This document shows positions 57,940-64,000 of a stretch of 64,000 nucleotides of DNA, in pieces (position 1 is the first letter of the stretch; the number at the start of each line of letters is the position of its first letter). The DNA is from Octopus vulgaris. Its lineage: Eukaryota. A program made the position numbers and the translations under genes. Location: positions 76,012,001 through 76,076,000 of the forward strand of contig OX597827.1 of NCBI GenBank assembly GCA_951406725.2, given 5' to 3'. Under the pieces are notes generated by a model, which worked only from the letters and a program-made list of their open reading frames with translations, had not been told where the DNA came from and searched no databases.

Positions 57940-58151
57940 CTTTTCAACTCTAGGTACAAGGCCCGAAATTTTGGGGAAGGGGGCCAGTCGATTAGATCGA
58001 CCCCAGTATGCAACTGGTACTTAATTTATCAACCCCAAATGATGAAAGGCAAAGTCAACCTTAGCAGAATTTGAACTCAGAACACGAAGACAGACGAAAT
58101 ACTGCTAAGCATTTCGCCCGGCGTGCTAATGTTTCTGCAAGCTTGCCGCCT
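57940..58151 (-). mobile_element. SINE family C with 17-bp TSD
   Basis: TSD TGAGTGAATAGAATATT at 57923-57939 and 58152-58168. Confidence 0.92.
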
Positions 58152-58449
58152 TGAGTGAATAGAATATTAGAGCACTAACTCATAGGTTTGGGGCTTATGT
58201 CTTTGAGGAGGTTGCTTCATGTGTTCCTGGTCACTTAGCTATGAGATACAGACACCTGATATTTAGAAGAATGTTAGCTTGTGGTAAACTAACATCTTAC
58301 CTAGGCATGGTGTGTGTGTGTCTTCTGTCTGCCTAGCAACATTACAAATAGAAGAGGTGTATTACACACACACACATTAATTCATTTTGCAACCACATGG
58401 TTTCAAATTCAATCCAGCTGTCTGAATAATAGATAGGATAAAAATCCTT

Positions 58450-58648
58450 CTCAAGTTTTCCAGTTTCTGTGGCGCATATATACCCCACTGGATAGGATTG
58501 CGGTCCATCGCAGGATTACTCATTTTTACTAGTTGAGTGGACTGGAACAATGTGAAATGAAGTGTTTTGCTCAAGAACACAATGGATCTAAAGCACAACC
58601 ATACGAGCATGAGTCCAACACCCTAACCACTAAGCCATGTGCCTCCAC
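58450..58648 (-). mobile_element. Diverged tRNA-derived SINE
   Basis: Reverse complement TGGAGGCACATGGCTTAGTGGTTAGGG..CTTGAGCAAAACACTTCATTTCAC..CCTGCGATGGAC. Confidence 0.75.
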
Positions 58649-59160
58649 AATCCTCCTGTCTGTTTCCATGGGCAAGTTACTTCTGCTGTAGCCTTGTGCT
58701 GACCAGTATCTTATGAGTGACATTGGTTGGTGGAAACAATACCAAAGCCTGTTGTGTGTGTGTGTGTTTCAGTCTCCTCTTCTGCATCTTAACACTTTAT
58801 GCATGTAAGGTGTAGAACAGTGTTGCCGTTTAGGTGATATCAATGTTTGGCCATTTTGTGGTTGGACATGTGAAAGGTGAAGGGAATTATTACTTTAGTT
58901 GGAAACAAGTAAGTTATTAGCAACAAGAAGACCAGCCAGCCATAGAAAACAGACTCAGCAAAGTCTCATCCGACCCATGCCAGCCTGGAGAATGTGTGTG
59001 TGTGTGTGTATGTATGTGTATATATATGTGTGTTGTGTATGTATGTATGTTTGTGTGTGTGTGTATGTATGACAGTAACAAGCAAGAAAATGAGTAATCA
59101 ACATCACATTGGTGGTTCAGTAATTTGTTTTAATAGAAAGATTGATGTTAATGTGACATA

Positions 59161-59969
59161 TCATCATCGTTTAGCGTCCGCTTTCCATGCTAGCATGGGT
59201 TGGACGGTTCAACTGGGGTCTGGGAAGCCAGAAGGCTGCACCAGGCCCAGTCTGATCTGGCAATGTTTCTACGGCTAGATGCCCTTCCTAACGCCCACGC
59301 ACGCAAACTCATATTCATAGGCTCTGTAAACAGTTGTCAGATTTTATACTGAAATTGGTGGGATGGTGGATTGTTAGGAATGCCAGCCAAATGGTTCAAG
59401 TCCTCTTAGTAACACTGTGCCCAAAGACACCAAACTGAGACTGGTTTAGTCCAGTTAGCCGTAAACAGGTACCATCGAGCTGTCTTCAAAAGTATCTTTC
59501 AAGCTTGTCTCTAAGCATTCTTCATAACGTTCACCCAGTGAACCCCCATCATTGCGAAGGACAGGATTGATGGAGTGTTTATTAAATCTAATTTCAAATC
59601 CTGTCAAATCTTAACTTACTTTCACAGTAACAGAAACACACCCCAACCAACAAATTACCACACAGCTTCTATCTACCCAAACATTACTTTTAAGAAACCC
59701 TTGTCTATCAGATATTTCTCACAATTTGCACAAACCCTCTCTGCCAAATTCCATTCAAAATATTTGGAGCCAGCCACGTCTGTCAAATTTCACAATGTTT
59801 TTGACTACTTAAGGCACTCACGGAGTGGTTGGCGTTAGGAAGGACATCCAGCTGTAGAAACATTGCCAGATCAGACTGGAGCCTGGTGCAGCCTTCTGGC
59901 TTCCCAGATCCCCGGTCGAACCGTCCAACCCATGCTAGCATGGAAAGCGGACGTTAAACGATGATGATG
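59161..59969. mobile_element. Inverted pair of RTE 3' tails (59161-59296 on -, 59815-59969 on +)
   Basis: Both are near-consensus tails in opposite orientation, about 520 bp apart. Confidence 0.88.
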
Positions 59970-60229
59970 AAGGTTATGAAGTTGATGAAACTTACCCAAG
60001 GTGTCACAGTGGGACTGAACCTGAAGTTATGTTGCTAAAAACAAAGTTCTTAACCCCCTCACAATCATGCTTGTCTATATATGTTTGTCTGACTATCTGA
60101 TCTGGTTAATTTGTCTGACTTATAAAACCTGTCTAACTTGTCTATTTTACCAGTCTAACTTGTCTCTCAAACCAACTTTACACAATCAAACTTATAAATT
60201 TTTGCATTTCATTACATTCTTAGTTTCTC

Positions 60230-60272
<43 letters not shown>

Positions 60273-60448
60273 GCTAAGATTTTTGGCTGCTATTTCTAAA
60301 CTTCGGTGTGTGGTGAAGCAAATCTTTGCTGAACCCTTTTATTAGTATTACTTAAGTTTACCGTGAAATGGTCCTTTTTCATACCGAATTCTACTTGGTG
60401 AAATTATTGATTACTTCTTAATTAATTAATTTTACCCTTTGTTATTAT

Positions 60449-60487
<39 letters not shown>

Positions 60488-60510
60488 TTGTGCCAACATC
60501 AAGCCATATT

Positions 60511-60888
60511 ACTCTTTTACCTGTTTCAGTCATTTAACTGCGGCCATGCTGGAGCACCGCCTTCAGTCGAGCAAAACGACCCCAGGACTTCTTCTTTGGA
60601 AGCCTAGTACTTAGTCTATCGGTCTCTTTTGCCGAACCGCTAAAGTTATGGGGACGTAAACACACCAGCATCCGTTGTCAAGCGATGTTGGGGGGACAAC
60701 ATATGTGTGTATATATACATATATACGACAGGCTTCTTTCAGTTTCCGTCTACCAAATCCACTCACAAAGCTTTGCTCGGACCGAGGCTATAGTAGAAGA
60801 CACTTACTTGCCCGAGGTGCCACGCAGTGGGAATGAATCCAGAACCATGTGGTTGGTAATCAAGCTACTTACCACACAGCCACTCCTG
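60511..60888 (-). mobile_element. Full-length SINE family A
   Basis: Tail CTCTTTTACCTGTTTCAGTCATT through head CCACACAGCCACTCCTG. Confidence 0.92.
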
Positions 60889-61235
60889 TGCCAAGGACTC
60901 CAAATTTGCCATCAAGATGTAGGACAAGATACTGTGATAGCCTGGACTTCAGAGGTCCACAGCTCTTCAATATCCTCCCGAAGGACCTGAGAGACCTGCA
61001 TGGGGTGGATGCAGATGTCTTTAAAATAAAGCTGGACCTCTTCCTGTCAGGTGTCCCAGATGAACCAACTTCACGGCAGGAGGTGCAGATGAGGGCAGCT
61101 GCATCAAACTCTCTCATGCACCAAATGTCAATTGCTAAAAAGTATTCGTGAAGTAAAAATCACGTAGCAACACTGAATGGCGGTGCCCCAGCATGGCCAC
61201 AGCTCGTGAGCTGAAACTAGATAAAATGAAAAAAA
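60888..61235 (+). mobile_element. CR1/L2-group LINE C-terminus and 3'UTR
   Basis: RGPQLFNILPKDLRDL..FKIKLDLFLSGVPDEP..RAAASNSL; tail GGCGGTGCCCCAGCATGGCCACAGC..GCTGAAAC followed by an A-rich end. Confidence 0.85.
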
Positions 61236-61350
61236 ATGAAAATAAGATTATGATTTAGGGTATCTAAGAGATACAACCACATTAAATGTTCATACAGCAC
61301 CAAGAGAGAAGACAAAAGGGCAAAATAAACTAGCAAAAAATTACTGGATA

Positions 61351-61408
61351 ATTCCAGATCCCGGATTTCTGGCTCTGCATAAGAAATGCTTTGCCTCATC
61401 AGTGGAAT
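61351..61408 (-). ncRNA. Minimal type-I hammerhead ribozyme motif, near-intact
   Basis: Minus strand ATTCCA-CTGATGA-GGC[aaaGCATttcttATGCaga]GCC-A-GAAA-TCC-G-GGA-TC-TGGAAT. Confidence 0.75.
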
Positions 61409-61435
61409 ATACACAGATAGTAACATAAATACATA

Positions 61436-61712
61436 TCAGACTAAAGCCTGGTGCAGCCTCCTGGCTTCCCAGACCCCAGTCGAACCGTCCAACCCGTACT
61501 AGCATGGAAAATGGACATTAAACGATGATGATGATGGATGATGATAAATTTATATATAAATATATATATATATACATATCATCATCATCGTTTAACGTCC
61601 GCTTTCCATGCTAGCATGGGTTAATATATAAAAATTTATCATCATCCATCATCATCATCGTTTAATGTCCAATCATCATTGTTTAATGTCCATTTTCCAT
61701 GCTAGCACGGAT
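61436..61712. repeat. RTE tail with a local inverted duplication
   Basis: 61495-61557 is mirrored at 61625-61710, including private variants; an extra - strand tail fragment lies at 61578-61622. Confidence 0.85.
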
Positions 61713-61885
61713 GTATGTATTTATATATGTATGTATGTATATATAGGGTTGAAACATCAAAAGACGTTTCTATTCTTCCCAAGCATCAATCTAATACATC
61801 TGCTTGTTCTCTCACCTGTCTTCGTCTTTGTTTTCTGTAAATTTGAACTATATATATATATATATATATATTTGTACACTTTTAA

Positions 61886-62072
61886 CCCTTCAGATTTCTT
61901 TGATTTATTCACATTGCTTTGAATCAATCATGAATTATCTTGTTACTTCAAAATTTCAATGATATGATTGTTATTTTTAGAATGACATTGCAGGGTGGGT
62001 ATGAAAAGTTGGATTTGGTTAGCTTTAACATAAGAGGGATAGAATATTGGGGCCAGTTTAAATGCTAAAGGG
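61886..62072. mobile_element. piggyBac-type MITE family 1
   Basis: TTAA|CCCTT ... AATGCTAAAGGG|TTAA. Confidence 0.8.
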
Positions 62073-63243
62073 TTAAATATTGATTTTATATGTCCTATTT
62101 TTTTGCCAGCAAGCCTGTATATATATATATTTATTTATTTATTTTCAGATTTGTTTGCTGTCCTTACAGATGCTGCCCACCACCCAAAAATGGAGATCAA
62201 CTTCTGAAGAATCCCTGAATAGCCTTTCTCACATTTGATACATTTTATATCTTCTGCTTCTTTTATAAAGGTTTTTGGCAACTGGGACACTTTACGCATG
62301 GCATATTTGGTCCACCCAAAGGAAATTCCCACACCAACCTAACAATCAACCTTGCACGTGTTGTTCTGTCTCTCGGCTTTATAACAACACAACCGCACTT
62401 TGAAAAATACTAAATACAACTGCATATGATAACTGTGGTGGATTTTCATTGCTGTGTGTATATATACAAAATCTCTGCCCATGTTGCTGTATACATTCAT
62501 AACTGAAAACCTGTGTGTGTCTGTAAGAAATTTCCAACCGTATGTTGAATCTTAATCAATGAGATTAGCATCCACTTCTTTTCCTGAACACTTCTAGTTT
62601 TCATATATATATATGTATATATATGTCTGTATACATACACGTATGTAGATATGTAATAGGGGTTGTTTGAGTTGGTATTTCTAACTCTTCAGATTCTTAT
62701 TATGCAATATATGTATATATATATATATGTATGTATATTGATAACCTGATGTTCTGTGGATCAATTGACAAACGATGAAAATTTGTGTTCCGTTAAAAGA
62801 TAATTTGGAGTCGTATTTTTGTTTTAGTTGACCCCTTATAGATATACCTTGACCCTTTTGTTTACTACCTGAGTACACGGCATTGTTTTGCTCCCCTTAA
62901 TTTGTGTCACAAAGGTCGGAGATCACTTTGTCCGTTTGATGGTTAGTAGTTTGTGTGTTGTGTCTGTGATTTGAACTGCTGAACACTTTATCAGAAATGA
63001 TGATACTGTGAAAGTACAACATGTAGGAGTCGAGGATGTCAATTGTCCTCATCTATAGTCTTGCTGGTTTATGATGTAAACTGTTCCTTTTACATAGCTG
63101 TTGTCAACATCATCATCATCATTATCAACAACTACAGTACCACCATAACCATCATCATTACCATAACCATTTGTGTCACCACCATCTTCTCCCTATTGTA
63201 GCAAATCAAATGTAATTTGGAAGCACAGTGACATCTACCCAAT

Positions 63244-64000
63244 ATGTACCCTGTTCAGTCTAGCTACCCTATTGGAAGTCAGCAAGGCATTAACAGCCAA
63301 TCGTTGTACCAAAACCACCATCTGAAAGGCCACCCGAATGCTTCGTCTGGGGGCAAGGCATTTCGACCTTTGGATGGCTCTGGAGGCACAACAGGGACAG
63401 CCACTAGCGTTACGACGTCTAGTGGAGGCGGAAAGAGCTTTAGAAATGATACCATTGCCCGCAAAGATTTGTCTAATCAAAGACCTGCCTTGCCTAACCT
63501 CAATCAGGGTAGTTCCTCTACAAACAATAACACCACTACCAGCACATCCCTTATCCAAAAGACATATCCGTGTACGATTTGTAAGAAGATATTTTCTAGC
63601 CCATTTTTTCTCAAGAACCATGAGCAAACTCACCAGATACATTCAATGGGGTCCACCAAACCATTTGGATGTTCTGGTTGTCACAAGCAGTTCTCTTTAT
63701 TCGTGGACTTAAAGAATCATAATTGTATGCCTGTCCAATCCCAGGCAACACAGGAAATGACAGGCCAAAGAAATCTGATGGGCAACAACATGCATTCAAA
63801 GCCCTATCACTGCGACATATGCAACAGAGGCTTTTCTCACCACGCCAATTTAAAGTTGCACCTTCGCACCCATTCCGGTGATAAACCATTTTCTTGTGAG
63901 GTATGCGGCAAAAGTTTCTCTCAGAAGAACTGTCTAAATGATCACAAGCGGCTTCACAGTGGAGATTTATTTTACTGCAGTTACTGCAAGAAGCCATTCG
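63244..64000 (+). CDS. C2H2 zinc-finger transcription factor, 5' part, open at the window end
   Basis: Frame 1 is open from ATG 63244 (in-frame TGA at 63229; acceptor TTCTCCCTATTGTAG ends at 63201): MYPVQSSY.. S/T/G/N-rich region, YPCTICKKIFSSPFFLKNHEQTH, FGCSGCHKQFSLFVDLKNHNC, YHCDICNRGFSHHANLKLHLRTH-SGDKP-FSCEVCGKSFSQKNCLNDHKRLH-SGDL-FYCSYCKKPF. Confidence 0.95.
   Translation, partial: MYPVQSSYPIGSQQGINSQSLYQNHHLKGHPNASSGGKAFRPLDGSGGTTGTATSVTTSSGGGKSFRNDTIARKDLSNQRPALPNLNQGSSSTNNNTTTSTSLIQKTYPCTICKKIFSSPFFLKNHEQTHQIHSMGSTKPFGCSGCHKQFSLFVDLKNHNCMPVQSQATQEMTGQRNLMGNNMHSKPYHCDICNRGFSHHANLKLHLRTHSGDKPFSCEVCGKSFSQKNCLNDHKRLHSGDLFYCSYCKKPF

Noticed and set aside
63235-63997. Listed ORFs 63235-63642 (-), 63338-63712 (+) and 63611-63997 (-)
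   Set aside because: These are shadow frames of the real frame-1 zinc-finger ORF

Overview
Eukaryotic, AT-rich and repeat-dominated window, most likely from an octopod cephalopod (inferred from the SINE families, RTE LINEs and extreme (TA)n density; not verified). The only convincing host gene is a + strand C2H2 zinc-finger ORF that starts at 63244 and runs off the window end; the ORF track missed it because it has no stop. The rest is (i) two large microsatellite fields (about 7.2-18.5 kb and 24.4-34.2 kb) with small CpG-rich unique islands, and (ii) decayed mobile elements: RTE LINEs with a PHD finger inside the RT plus many 3'UTR-only copies, R4/Dong-like RLE LINEs sitting in microsatellites, a CR1/L2-type LINE that shares its tail with a tRNA-SINE, three SINE families, mariner relics, piggyBac-, pogo- and Tc1-type MITEs, and a non-autonomous Helitron. 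The most notable signals are several minimal type-I hammerhead ribozyme motifs in short non-coding elements. One is near-intact at 61351-61408 (-). Another sits at the apex of a ~300-nt rod-like fold at about 19945-20285 that resembles a retrozyme or viroid. Retroelement orientation flips from + to - across the central microsatellite field, which suggests a divergent promoter region there. All structures were paired by eye, and no database searches or folding programs were run.
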